Below, piece by piece: positions 18,712-30,800 of a stretch of DNA of 64,000 nucleotides. Positions within the stretch are counted from its first letter, which is position 1; each line of letters begins with the position of its first letter. The notes under the pieces are model-generated. The model was not told the DNA's origin and made no database searches. It was given only the letters and a program-made list of their open reading frames with translations. The stretch spans positions 6,510,001-6,574,000 of the forward strand of contig OZ024745.1 of NCBI GenBank assembly GCA_964016885.1. The letters run 5' to 3'. This stretch comes from Eledone cirrhosa (lineage: Eukaryota). The translations under genes and the position numbers were made by a program.

Positions 18712-21471
18712 ATGGCCAATATAAGAGTTGGATGTGTGAATGCACGCGGCTTGGGGATGTCCTGGAAACAGGGCAAACTCTTAAATGACCTCAGGTCGCA
18801 CAGAGTGGATGTAATGGTTATTTGCGAGTCCAGGATCAGCAGCGAGCGCCAACTGGCCCCCATCTTCGACGACTTTGAGATCTACGCATCTCTCTGTCAG
18901 CCGAGGGGTGGGGGTGGGATTGTCGTTCTCCTGCGAAAATACCTGGGTCTTTCCACACAGAAGGTACACCTGAACCCGGAGGGTCGACTGGTGGTTTTAG
19001 ACGTCGGCAGTGGTGAAGGTGGAGCTTTCAGGCTGGTGGCAGCGTATGCCCCATCTGGGACACCGCGACCGGACTTCTTCCGACGCCTGGAGAATTTCCT
19101 GGGAACGTCTCGCTCCTTGCTTTTAGTGGGGGACTGGAATGGTATCCTGGATGCACGTTGGGACTATGTAGGGGCATGTCCCGATAGAGGGGGGTGTAAC
19201 AGCCTCAAACGATTAATCGGCCGATTTGATCTGGCCGATAGATATCGACTGGATTTTCCGACTGTGCCACGGTGGGCGTGGAGTAATCGCAGTGGAACAT
19301 CCAGGTCGTACCTAGATAGGTTCCTAGTTAGAAATAAGGATAGGGACATATTAAGCTGTCCACGAATGTTCATGGTTGACTATTCGGATCACAAGTTGTT
19401 GACCGGAGTGGTCAACCTTGATAGAACTCATAGACAGGGACCCGGTTACTGGAAGCTGAACTTGTCTTTACCGACAAACAAAGCTTACAGTAAGCGGATT
19501 AGCACACTAGTTAAGAAGCGTTTGACGGGGGCAATTGTCAACAACAGGTGGTGGGGCTCTCTCAAGATAGAAATTAGAATAGAATCGATAGGTTTTAGTC
19601 GGGAATTAGCATCAGATAGGAATAGAACTGAAAGGGAATTAACAAATAGAGTAGAAGAGGCGATTAGGATTGGCAACGTGGCCGGCGTGCTGGCGTCAAG
19701 AACGGCCCTAGACCAGTTCTTTGATGCGAAGCACGAGGGCTGCGTTGTCAGGAGTAAAATACGTGCTCTGGGTAACGAGGGAGCCAAAGCTGTTAGCTGG
19801 GCCCGAGTGACAGAAGCAAAAAGTGGAAACAAGTCCACGATTCGGTCTTTGAAGGACCAGGATGGACGCGTGATCCTTGAACCTGAGCGGATGAGCGCGG
19901 CCTTTCAACGGCGCTTTGCACGACTGTTCGGGAGGGGCGGCGGGCCGGCTGGGGCCATGGATTTCGGTACATACCTCGATGGTCTTGCGCGGCTCTCGGA
20001 CGGGGATGCGAAGTCCTGCGAGAGGCCGATTTCAGCCGCTGAAATAGGGGAAGCGCTGAGCCAATGCGGCAAACGCAAATCTCCGGGTCTCGATGGTCTA
20101 CCATACGAACTTTATGTAGCGATGCCGGGCTTGTTCTCCGATCTCCTCGAGGCGGTCTACTGCAACTGGCAACAGAACGGGAGAATTCCCAGTTCTGTGA
20201 CCAAGGGCGTAGTCACGCTGGTGAGGAAGGACGAGAACAAGGGGGATGACATAGATAACTTCAGGCCCATAACTCTGCTAAACACAGAGTTAAAGATTTT
20301 GGCCAAGGTGTTAGCGAAGAGGTTGGCGCTTGTCGTCGGGAACCTGGTGGGAGAAGCGCAGACATGCGCAATCCCGTACAGGTCCATACACGACAACCTC
20401 CACCTCATGCGATACATCGTAGGGAGGGTAGGGAACGAACCCGGCTTTGGTGGGGCCCTGATCAACTTGGATCAATCTAAAGCGTTCGATAGGGTTGACC
20501 ATCGGTACCTGGATGCGGTGCTCGCGGCGGCAGGCTTCGGACCCGTTTTCAGGGGCTGGATTGCTGCAATGCACAGCAGCAACACCTGCTCGAGGGTCAA
20601 GGTGAACGGCTACCTCTCGGAGCCGTTCCAAATCACGCGATCCATTCGACAGGGATGCCCTCTCTCCTCCCTCCTGTATGTTCTGGCTCTCGAGCCACTA
20701 CTGCGGAAGCTGGAGCTGTTGCAGGGCATCCCCTTGGAACCGGGATTGCGGAAAGCGGTGTAGGCCTACGCCGATGACGTGACAGTAATGGTGTCGTGCG
20801 CCTCGGAAATCGGGCAGATCGGCACCTTACTGGAGGAATATGAAAGGTTCACAGGAGCCAAGCTGAACCGGGACAAGTCCGTCGGTTTGCAACTCGGGAC
20901 GTGGAGGGGCAAAACGATGCCCTCCGACGGCATCGTCGGACGCTGGACGGAGGGACCGGTGAAGCTGCTCGGGGTCTGGTTCGGACCGGACCTCGAGGTG
21001 GAGAAAAACTGGGACGAGGTAACGGGCAAGGTGTTTGCACTCGTCCAGAAGTGGGCCGAGTGCAAACTATCCCTGAAAGGTCGAGCGGAGGTGGCGAACG
21101 CTTATATAGCGTCCGTCATCTACTACCGCTTGACCGTCGTGCCTTGCCCAGAGAAAACACTCGCCAAAATGGAGCGCGCGCTCTTCCGATTTCTTTGGAA
21201 GAAGCGGGCTCCTTTGGTGAGAAGATCCATCTGCTGTCAACACCCTTCGAACGGAGGGCTGGGGATGCCGTGGCTGACGATGCGTAGACACGCATTAAGG
21301 CTACGGCACCTCCAGGTATTCCTCACCGGTCAGCCGGTGTGGGCCCTGTTTGTGAGGCGAGCCTTTCCGAGACTCGTCTCACTCACCGAGCTGCAATCCT
21401 GGGTCAAGCAAAGACCGAGAAAAGTGGGCGACTGGCACATTGAATGTGCTCAGGCGCTCATGGCCCTCTGG
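18712..21471 (+). pseudogene. Tx1-type ORF2: APE endonuclease plus reverse transcriptase; one in-frame TAG, C-terminus missing
   Basis: APE motifs NARGL, ICES, AYAP, GDWN, YLDRF, SDHK; RT motifs KSPGLDG, FRPITLLN, KAFDRV, QGCPLS; TAG at 20761-20763 then A-YADD (20767-20778) in the same frame; the frame stays open until the minisatellite. Confidence 0.93.
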
Positions 21472-21770
21472 CACACTACACCCCCACACCTCATGGTCTA
21501 GCTATTTACCACACTACACCCCCCACTCCCCATGGTCTAACTATTGACCACACTACACCCCCCACTCCCCTTGGTCTAACTATTGACCACACTACACCCC
21601 CCACTCCCCATGGTCTAGCTATTGGCCACATTACACCCCCCTCCCCACTCCCCATGATCTAACTATTGACCACACTACACCCCCCACTCCCCATGGTCTA
21701 ACTATTGACCACACTACACCCCCCACTCCCCATGGTCTAGCTATTGACCACACTACACACCCCACTCCCC
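21472..21770. repeat. 39-bp minisatellite, ~7.7 copies (CACACTACACCCCCCACTCCCCATGGTCTARCTATTGAC)
   Basis: Direct periodicity. Confidence 0.95.
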
Positions 21771-23414
21771 TCAACAACCACATTCACTTGTTACAACCTT
21801 CCATTTCGTCCCTCAACTTCTCTAACTCTCCTCCGTAAACTCCTTTTCCTCTGATCAGACCTTGCTACCCTTCCTTAGGTAGGATCACAATTTGCGCAAC
21901 TTCCTAGATTGTCTTTTTGTGCCTTTCCTCTTTTAATAACCAAGGTGTAGTTTGAGGGAGATTTAGCGGCCATTTTAAACAGGTAGAGCGACCACGTAAA
22001 GAATTCTTTATAGCCTTACGTTAGTTTTGATTGAGCAGATCTATGACTAAAGTCACCCAACACTTGAGTATCTATTCTCCCTTCTTTTCAATACAGTGTA
22101 TCTAGGAGTACATTATCCAATTGTAAGACTGCAATATATTGTTTGAGGGAAATTTAACTGCTGTTTTCTAGCAAGTCGAACAACTGTAACAATTCAACAG
22201 ATCTGTTAGATCTCGTTTTTATATCTAATATCTTGCAGCGTTATTGATATTTTCTTCGACATGTTTTGTATACGGCTTTAATATTAGGGCTCCATTGTTA
22301 ATATACAATAACTCCAATATCCAATACTCTGCTATACTGTCAAAGGCTTTTTTGCTTATCAATCCATGCAAAGCTTAGGTTTGGGGATTTTATTATTATT
22401 TTCTTCTCTAGTAGCGAAGTATGTGTTGATTCTGTGTTCATTCTTGTCGTCGTATTTTGTTCAATGTTATTGCTACAACTTCATATGTAGTAGTTAGATA
22501 CTTTAAACAGACATTGGGGACTTTATTGATCTGAGGACCTTCCAGTAGTCTCAATATGTTAGTAAATGTTCTGATAGTTATGCTGAGTCGTCGTCGTTGT
22601 AATATTGTATGTTTCTTCTCAACACTCCATTCCACACCTTTCTTATATTACACAACACGGCACTAGGTTTTTTACCCCAGTATGTCTGTATTTCTTTTGC
22701 TGCTGGTTTTTATTTCACTTTGATATTACTTTCTTTTTATAGATTATAGATATCTCGGGAGAATATTTTTAATATCCATTTCAAATATTTCGTTTTGTTG
22801 GAAGTAGGGCTTATGTTTTACAAACGGCATGTCTTTCTACAGATCATCTTATAATTCTTTTCTCTATTTCCCCTTCTTTTCTCTTTTCTCATTCAACTCC
22901 ACCCCACCCCACCCCCTTTCTATTTCCCTGACTAAGGAGAAATCTTTTCTCCTTTTGTTCATTCTGTGTTGTCTATCATCTTTCCCTCGTTTTTCTGTTT
23001 CTTTTGTATTGGTATTAGGTGAAGGATATCATACAATATTACAGTGGAATCTGGAATCCTTTGATACGACCCTAGCTACTCTGTAAATTAGATTATTCAA
23101 AATATTCATGTCTCTCTAGAAATTCTTTCTTACACTGTTTATATTTGATTATTATTTCTTTATTCTTTACAATTTCTTTATTAGCTTTGAAAAATACGTC
23201 GGTTGTTTCATGGCGGTTGTTTTCGTAGTGGTCAGATCTTCTATTTTATTACTTTCTCTTAGATTTTACTCTTTGCTGTTTTGTGTGGGAGTAAAAGTTC
23301 AGTTTAGTGGTGGCTTCATAGGGTTGTTGTTGTCGTAGGGTAAGTTACGGTCATCTTTGTTGTTTGTTTCCCCTTTATGTATGATTCGGGTTTCTTGTAC
23401 CCTCTCTTCCTATT

Positions 23415-23625
23415 TGGTTCTCGTGTGGTTCTCTTGTGGTTTTCTTGTGGTTTTCCCAGCACTTATTGTGTCTACGTTGTACCGTCTCTTCCTATCTCTG
23501 GGTAGCTGGTTCTCGTGTGGTTCGCATGTGGTTCTCGTGCGGTTCTCATGTGGTTCTCGTGTGGTTCTCGTGTGGTTCTCATGTGGTTCTCATGTGGTTC
23601 TCGTGTGGTTCTCCTGTGGTGTTCC
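23415..23625. repeat. 11-bp minisatellite (GGTTCTCRTGT)n in two blocks
   Basis: Direct inspection. Confidence 0.9.
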
Positions 23626-23680
23626 CAGTTCTTATTGTGTTCACGTTGTGGGTTTATTCTTTCTCATTAATTTCAGTGTG

Positions 23681-23878
23681 TATCGGTAGAGCGTCGGACA
23701 AAAGCTTTGCTGCATATAGTTATGGTCCTTTACGTGCTGAGTTCAAATCCCATCGGGGTTAACTTTGGTACTTTATTGTATAGGCCCCGAATGAAAGCCA
23801 GTCAATTACTGAGGTCGATTTAATCGACTTTCCTTTCCTTCACAAATTGCTGGCCTTGTGCCTCAAATAGAAATCATT
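23681..23878 (+). mobile_element. tRNA-derived SINE (family A), diverged copy
   Basis: tatcggtagagcgtcggac...ctgagttcaaatccc...gttaactttg...gtcgatttaatcgac...aaattgctggccttgtgcctcaaatagaaatcatt. Confidence 0.8.
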
Positions 23879-24139
23879 TATTTCAGTGAAGAGTTTTATT
23901 GTGTTTCTCAGTTATTGCTGATGAAATTAAAACTTATTTGTTGATAGAACAAAGAATACATAATTATATTTTTAATATATGTTTCTTTTTTATTGATGGC
24001 TTATTAGAAAATAGCGGAGATTGGGATTTAGTTGCTTTACTTTGGTGTTTTTTTAATCTTATATAAATGTCATAGGATTGTTATTGTGCTGGTGTAGGGT
24101 GTAGTGTTTAATTAGGGAGGAAATGGCTGTAGCTCTAAC

Positions 24140-24434
24140 CAAAGCCGGATTTAATAGGGGGCAATTATCCCGGGCCCCATCTAGTGGGAGGCCCCCACCA
24201 GCGACGGCCGTAGCAATTTATTTGTGTCCTCAGCTGGGATTTTTAGTTTTATGATGGTCACAGTTTTATAATTTAATACCTGTATGTATAACTTTTCAAT
24301 TCCAATTATTTGCGTCAAACTAACTTTGATATGTAAAATTGGGGGATTTGCTGTGTATTCTAATTGTTTGTGTATGAGGCCCTCCCCACAAAAGCTGAAG
24401 TGCCCCGAGCCCCCAAGGTCTAAATCCAACCTTG
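24140..24434. mobile_element. Small hAT-type MITE
   Basis: TIRs caaagccggattta / (rc) caaggttggattta; candidate 8-bp TSD gctctaac vs gctatgac (6/8); internal GGGCCCC motifs. Confidence 0.6.
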
Positions 24435-24893
24435 GCTATGACTCTTTTTAGGGTGTCCGAAATGGGAGAATGTATCCACAAACTGAAATTCTGACTTGCA
24501 ACAGAGTGGAATCAGCTAAAAGCAACCATGGGCAGGTGGTTCTCTCAAACCAGGAGCTGGATTAAGACTGTTTACCTTCCAGCATCCTTGGATATGTTGG
24601 CTTATAGTCAAAGATTTAGCAGTCCTACATATTTTAGCAGTATGAAGGACAATACTATATAGTGCGTCCTAATCTTTTTAAAATAGTAGGTTGTTATTTG
24701 AAAGAGATTTATCTGCGATTTATGGCAGCATTTAGTTTGAGCTGAAAAGCCAGAAAATAAGTATTATTTGCATATAAAAGTCTCATTATGTTCTTTGGAC
24801 CATAGTATTACTGGCATTTTGTTGTTGTTTAAGCATTGCCGATTTACCATCTATATTGTTGTGCAACCATCAATGTTAACTGTTATTCAGCCC

Positions 24894-27800
24894 GGAGGGT
24901 GAGAGACAGGGAGTCTGGAGGGTGAGACATAGTAGCGTGTCTGGAGAGTGAAACATAGTAGGGTGTCTGGAGAGTGAGACATAGTAGGGTGTCTGGAGGG
25001 TGAGAAGTAGTAGGGTGTCTGGAGGGTGAGACATAGTAGGGTGTCTGGAGAGTGAGACATAGTAGGGTGTCTGGAGGGTGAGACATAGTAGGGTGTCTGG
25101 AGAGTGAGACATAGTAGGGTGTCTGGAGGGTGAGACAGAGTAGCGTATCTGGAGAGTGAGACATAGTAGGGTGTCTGGAGAGTGAGACATAGTAGGGTGT
25201 CTGGAGAGTGAGACATAGTAGGGTGTCTGGGGGGTGAGACGTAGTAGGGTATCTGGAGGGTGAGACGTAGTAGGGTCTTTGGAGAGTGAAACATAGTAGG
25301 GTGTCTGGAGAGTGAGACATAGTAGGGTGTCTGGGGGGTGAGACGTAGTAGGGTGTATGGAGGGTGAGACGTAGTAGGGTGTCTGGAGGGTGAGACGTAG
25401 TAGGGTGTCTGGAAGGTGAGACGTAGTAGGGTGTCTGGAGAGTGAGACATAGTAGGGTGTCTAGAGGGTGAGACATAGTAGGGTGTCTGGAGGGTGAGAC
25501 GTAGTAGGGTGTCTGGAGGGTGAGACACAGGGTGTCTGGAGGGTGAGACAGAGTAGGGTGTCTGGAGGGTGAGACAGAGTAGGATGTCTGGAGGGTGAGA
25601 TACAGGGTGTCTGGAGGGTGAGACAGAGTAGGGTGTCTGGAGGGTGAGACATAGTAGGGTGTCTGGAGAGTGAGACATAGTAGGGTGCCTGGCGGGTGAG
25701 ACAGAGTAGCGTATCTGGAGAGTGAGACATAGTAGGGTGTTTGGAGGGTGAGACAGTAGGGAGTCTGGAGGGTGAGATATAGTAGGGTGTCTGGAGGGTG
25801 AGACATAGTAGGGTGTCTGGAGAGTGAGACATAGTAGGCTGTCTGGAGGGTGAGACATAGTAGGGTGTCTGGAGAGTGAGACATAGTAGGGTGTCTGGAG
25901 GGTGAGACAGAGTAGCGTATCTGGAGAGTGAGACATAGTAGGGTGTCTGGAGAGTGAGACCTAGTAGGGTGTCTGGAGAGTGAGACATAATAGGGTGTCT
26001 GGAGGGTGAGACATAGTAGGGTGTCTCGAGGGTGAGACATAGTAGGGTGTCTGAAGGGTGAGACATAGTAGGGTGTTTGGAGGGTGAGACACAGGGTGTC
26101 TGGGGGGTGCGACATAGTAGGAAGTCTGGAGGGTGAGACATAGTAGGGTGTCTGGGGGGTGAGACGTAGTAGGGTGTTTGGAGTGTGAAACATAGTAGGG
26201 TGTCTGGAGAGTGAGACAAAGTAGGGTGTCAGGAGGGTGAGACGTAGTAGGGTGTATGGAGGGTGAGACGTAGTAGGGTGTCTGGAGGGTGAGACGTAGT
26301 AGGGTGTCTGGAGAGTGAGACATAGTAGGGTGTCTAGAGGGTGAGACATAGTAGGGTGTCTAGAGGGTGAGACGTAGTAGGGTGTCTGGAGGGTGAGACG
26401 TAGTAGGGTGTCTGGAGGGTGAGTCACAGGGTGTCTGGAGGGTGAGACAGAGTAGGGTGTCTGGAGGGTGAGACAGAGTAGGGTGTCCGGAGGTTGAGTT
26501 ATAGTAGGGTGTCTGGAGGGTGAGACACAGGGTGTCTGGAGGGTGAGACAGAGTAGGGTGTCTGGAGGGTGAGACATAGTAGGGTGTCTGGAGGGTGAGA
26601 CATAGTAGGGTGTCTGGAGGTTGAGTTATAGTAGGGTGTCTGGAGGGTGAGACATAGTAGGGTGTCTGTAGGGTGAGACAAAGTAGGGTGTCTGGAGAGT
26701 GAGACATAGTAGGGTGTCTGGGGGGTGAGACGTAGTAGAGTGTCTGGAGGGTGAGACATAGTAGGGTATCTGGAGGGTGAGACACAGGGTATCTGGACGG
26801 TGAGACAGAGTAGGGTGTCTGGAGGGTGAGACATAGTAAGGCGTCTGGAGGGTGAGACACAGGGTGTCTGGACGGTGAGACAGAGTAGGGTGTCTGGAGG
26901 GTGAGACATAGTAGGGTGTCTGGAGGGTGAGACATAGTAGGTTGTCTGGAGGTTGAGTTATAGTAGGGTGTCAGGAGGGTGAGACATAGTAGGGTGTCTG
27001 GAGAGTGAGACATAGTTGGGTGTCTGGAGGGTTAGACATAGTAGGGTGTCTGGAGGTTGAGTTATAGTAGGGTGTCTGGAGGGTGAGACATAGTAGGGTG
27101 TCTGTAGGGTGAGACAGAGTAGGGTGTCTGGAGGTTGAGTTATAGTAGGGTGTCTGGAGGGTGAGACAGAGTAGGGTATCTGGAGGGTGAGACAGAGTAG
27201 GGTGTCTGGAGAGTGAGACATAGTAGGGGGTCTGGAGGGTGAGCCATAGTAGGGTGTCTGGAGGGTGAGACATAGTAGGTTGTCTGGAGGTTGAGTTATA
27301 GTAGGGTGTCTGGAGGGTGAGACGTAGTAGGGTGTCTGGAGGGTGAGACAGAGTAGGGTGGTGTCTGGAGGGTGGGACAGAGTAGGGTGTCTGGAGGTTG
27401 AGTTATAGTAGGGTGTCTGGAGGGTGAGACATAGTAGGGTGTCTGGAGAGTGAGACATAGTAGGGTGTCTGGAGGGTGAGACATAGTAGGGTGTCTGGAG
27501 GTTGAGTTATAGTAGGGTGTATGGAGGGTGAGACATAGTAGGGTGTCTGGAGGGTGAGACATAGTAGGGTGTCTGGAGGGTGAGACATAGTAGGGTGTCT
27601 GGAGGTTGAGTTATAGTAGGGTGTCTGGAGGGTGAGACATAGTAGGGTGTCTGTAGGGTGAGACAGAGTAGGGTGTCTGGAGGTTGAGTTATAGAAGGGT
27701 GTCTGGAGGGTGAGACGTAGTAGGGTGTCTGGAGGGTGAGACAGAGTAGGGTGGTGTCTGGAGGGTGGGACAGAGTAGGGTGTCTGGGGGTTGAGTTATA

Positions 27801-30800
27801 GTAGGGTGTCTGGAGGGTGAGACATAGTAGGGTGTCTGGAGAGTGAGACATAGTAGGGTGTCTGGAGGGTGAGACATAGTAGGGTGTCTGGAGGTTGAGT
27901 TATAGTAGGGTGTATGGAGGGTGAGACATAGTAGGGTGTCTGGAGGGTGAGACATAGTAGGGTGTCTGGAGGGTGAGACATAGTAGGGTGTCTGGAGGTT
28001 GAGTTATAGTAGGGTGTCTGGAGGGTGAGACGTAGTAGGGTGTCTGGAGGGTGAGACAGAGTAGGGTGGTGTCTGGAGGGTGGGACAGAGTAGGGTGTCT
28101 GGAGGTTGAGTTATAGTAGGGTGTCTGGAGGGTGAGACATAGTAGGGTGTCTGGAGAGTGAGACATAGTAGGGTGTCTGGAGGGTGAGACATAGTAGGGT
28201 GTCTGTAGGGTGAGACAGAGTAGGGTGTCTGGAGAGTGAGACATAGTAGGGTGTCTGGAGAGTGAGACATAGTAGGGTGTCTGGAGGTTGAGTTATAGTA
28301 GGGTGTCTGGAGGGTGAGACAGAGTAGGGTATCTGGAGGGTGAGACAGAGTAGGGTGTCTGGAGAGTGAGACATAGTAGGGTGTCTGGAGGGTGAGACAT
28401 AGTAGGGTGTCTGGAGAGTGAGACATAGTAGGGTGTCTGGAGGTTGAGTTATAGTAGGGTGTCTGGAGGGTGAGACAGAGTAGGGTATCTGGAGGGTGAG
28501 ACAGAGTAGGGTGTCTGGAGAGTGAGACATAGTAGGGTGTCTGGAGGGTGAGACATAGTAGGGTGTCTGGAGGGTGAGACATAGTAGGTTGTCTGGAGGT
28601 TGAGTTATATTAGGGTGTCTGGAGGGTGAGACATAGTAGGGTGTCTGGAGGGTGAGACAGAGTAGGGTGTCTGGAGAGTGAGACATAGTAGGGTGTCTGT
28701 AGGGTGAGACATAGTAGGGTGTCTGGAGGTTGAGACATAGTAGGTTGTCTGGAGGTTGAGTTATAGTAGGGTGTCTGGAGGGTGAGACATAGTAGGGTGT
28801 CTGGAGGGTGAGACAGAGTAGGGTGGTGTCTGGAGGGTGGGACAGAGTAGGGTGTCTGGAGGTTGAGTTATAGTAGGGTGTCTGGAGGGTGAGACATAGT
28901 AGGGTGTCTGGAGAGTGAGACATAGTAGGGTGTCTGGAGGGTGAGACATAGTAGGGTGTCTGGAGGTTGAGTTATAGTAGGGTGTCTGGAGGGTGAGACA
29001 TAGTAGGGTGTCTGGAGGTTTGAGTTATAGTAGGGTGTCTGGAGGGTGAGACATAATAGGGTGTCTGGAGGGTGAGACAGAGTAGGGTGTCTGGAGGGTG
29101 AGACATAGTAGGGTTCTGGAGGGTGAGACATAGTAGGGTGTCTGGAGGGTGAGACATAGTTGGTTGTCTGGAGGTTGAGTTATAGTAGGGTGTCTAGAGG
29201 GTGAGACATAGTAGGGTGTCTGGAGGGTGAGACAGAGTAGGGTGTCTGGAGGGTGGGACAGAGTAGGGTGTCTGGAGGTTGAGTTATAGTAGGGTGTCTG
29301 GAGGGTGAGACATAGTAGGGTGTCTGGAGAGTGAGACATAGTAGGGTGTCTGGAGGGTGAGACATAGTAGGGTGTCTGGAGGTTGAGGTATAGTAGGGTG
29401 TCTGGAGGGTGAGACATAGTAGGGTGTCTGGAGTTTGAGTTATAGTAGGGTGTCTGGAGGGTGAGACAGAGTAGGGTGTCTGGAGGTTGAGTTATAGTAG
29501 GGTGTCTGGAGGGTGAGACAGAGTAGGGTGTCTGGAGGGTGAGACAGAGTAGGGTGTCTGGAGATTGAGACATAGTAGGGTGTCTGGAGAGTGAGACATA
29601 GTAAGGTGTCTGGGGGGTGAGACGTAGTAGGGTGTCTGGAGGGTGAGACATAGTAGCGTGTCTGGAGGGTGAGACACAGGGTGTCTGGACGGTGAGACTG
29701 AGTAGGGTGTCTGGAGGGTGAGACAGAGTAGGGTGTCTGGAGGGTGGGACAGAGTAGGGTGTCTGGAGGGTGAGACATAGTAGGGTGTCTGGAGGGTGAG
29801 ACAGAGTAGGGTGTCTGGAGGGTGGGACAGAGTAGGGTGTCGGGAGGGTGAGACAGAGTAGGGTGTCTGGAGGGTGAGACATAGTAGGGTGTCTGGAGGG
29901 TGAGACAGAGTAGCGTGTCTGGAGAGTGAGACATATTAGGGTGTCTTGAGAGTGAGACATAGTAGGGTGTCTGGAGAGTGAGATATAGTAGAGTGTCTGG
30001 AAAGTGAGACATAGTAGGGTGTCTGGGGGGTGAGACGTAGTAGGGTATCTGGAGGGTGAGACGTAGTAGGGTGTCTGGAGAGTGAAACATAGTAGGGTGT
30101 CTGGAGAGTGAGACATAGTAGGGTGTCTGGCGGGTGAGACGTAGTAGGGAGTCTGGAGAGTGAGACATAGTAGGGTGTCTAGAGGGTGAGACATAGTAGG
30201 GTGTCTCGAGAGTGCGACATAGTAGGGTGTCTGGAGGGTGAGACGTAGTAGGATGTTTGGAGGGTGAGACGTAGTAGGGTGTCTGGAGGGTGAGACGTAG
30301 TAGGGTGTCTGGAGGGTGAGACAGAGTAGGATGTCTGGAGGGTGAGACATAATAGGGTGTCTGGAGGGTGAGACATAGTAGGGTGTCTAGAGGGTGAGAC
30401 ATAGTAGGGTGTCTGGAGGGTGAGACGTAGTAGGGTGTCTGGAGGGTGAGACGTAGTAGGGTGTCTGGAGGGTAAGACATAGTAGCGTGTCTGGAGAGTG
30501 AGACATAGTAGGGTGTCTGGAGGGTGAGACAGAGTAGCGTGTCTGGAGAGTGAGGCATAGTAGGGTGTCTGGAGGTTGAGTTATAGTAGGGTGTCTGGAG
30601 GATGAGACATAGTAGGGTGTCTGGAGGGTGAGACAGAGTAGGGTGTCTGGAGGGTGAGACGTAGTAGGGTGTATGGAGGGTGAGACGTAGTAGGGTGTCT
30701 GGAGGGTGAGGCGTAGTAGGGTGTCTGGAGGGTGAGACGTAGTAGGGTGTCTGGAGAGGGAGACATAGTAGGGTGTCTCGAGAGTGAGACATAGTAGGGT

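Larger units (their letters stand above)
16710..21471 (+). mobile_element. Tx1/L1-clade non-LTR retrotransposon, 5' end apparently intact, 3' end truncated
   Basis: 5' UTR, ORF1 with zinc knuckle, ORF2 with APE endonuclease plus RT carrying L1/Tx1 motifs (GPGYWKLN, LDQSKAFDRV, RQGCPLS, YADD, GGLGMP). The 5' boundary is approximate. Confidence 0.93.

Noticed and set aside
16877-21291. Antisense and alternate-frame ORFs over the Tx1 element
   Set aside because: Shadow ORFs of low-complexity ORF1 and GC-rich ORF2; 17678-18196 and 18322-18669 are counted as frameshifted ORF1 pieces.
21444-21662. 72-aa ORF with HTTPPTPHGLTID repeats
   Set aside because: Translation of the 39-bp minisatellite, whose length is a multiple of three.
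22400-23400. Possible LINE remnant (ILQWN word, strand-biased T-rich tract)
   Set aside because: A single short motif with no supporting downstream endonuclease motifs.
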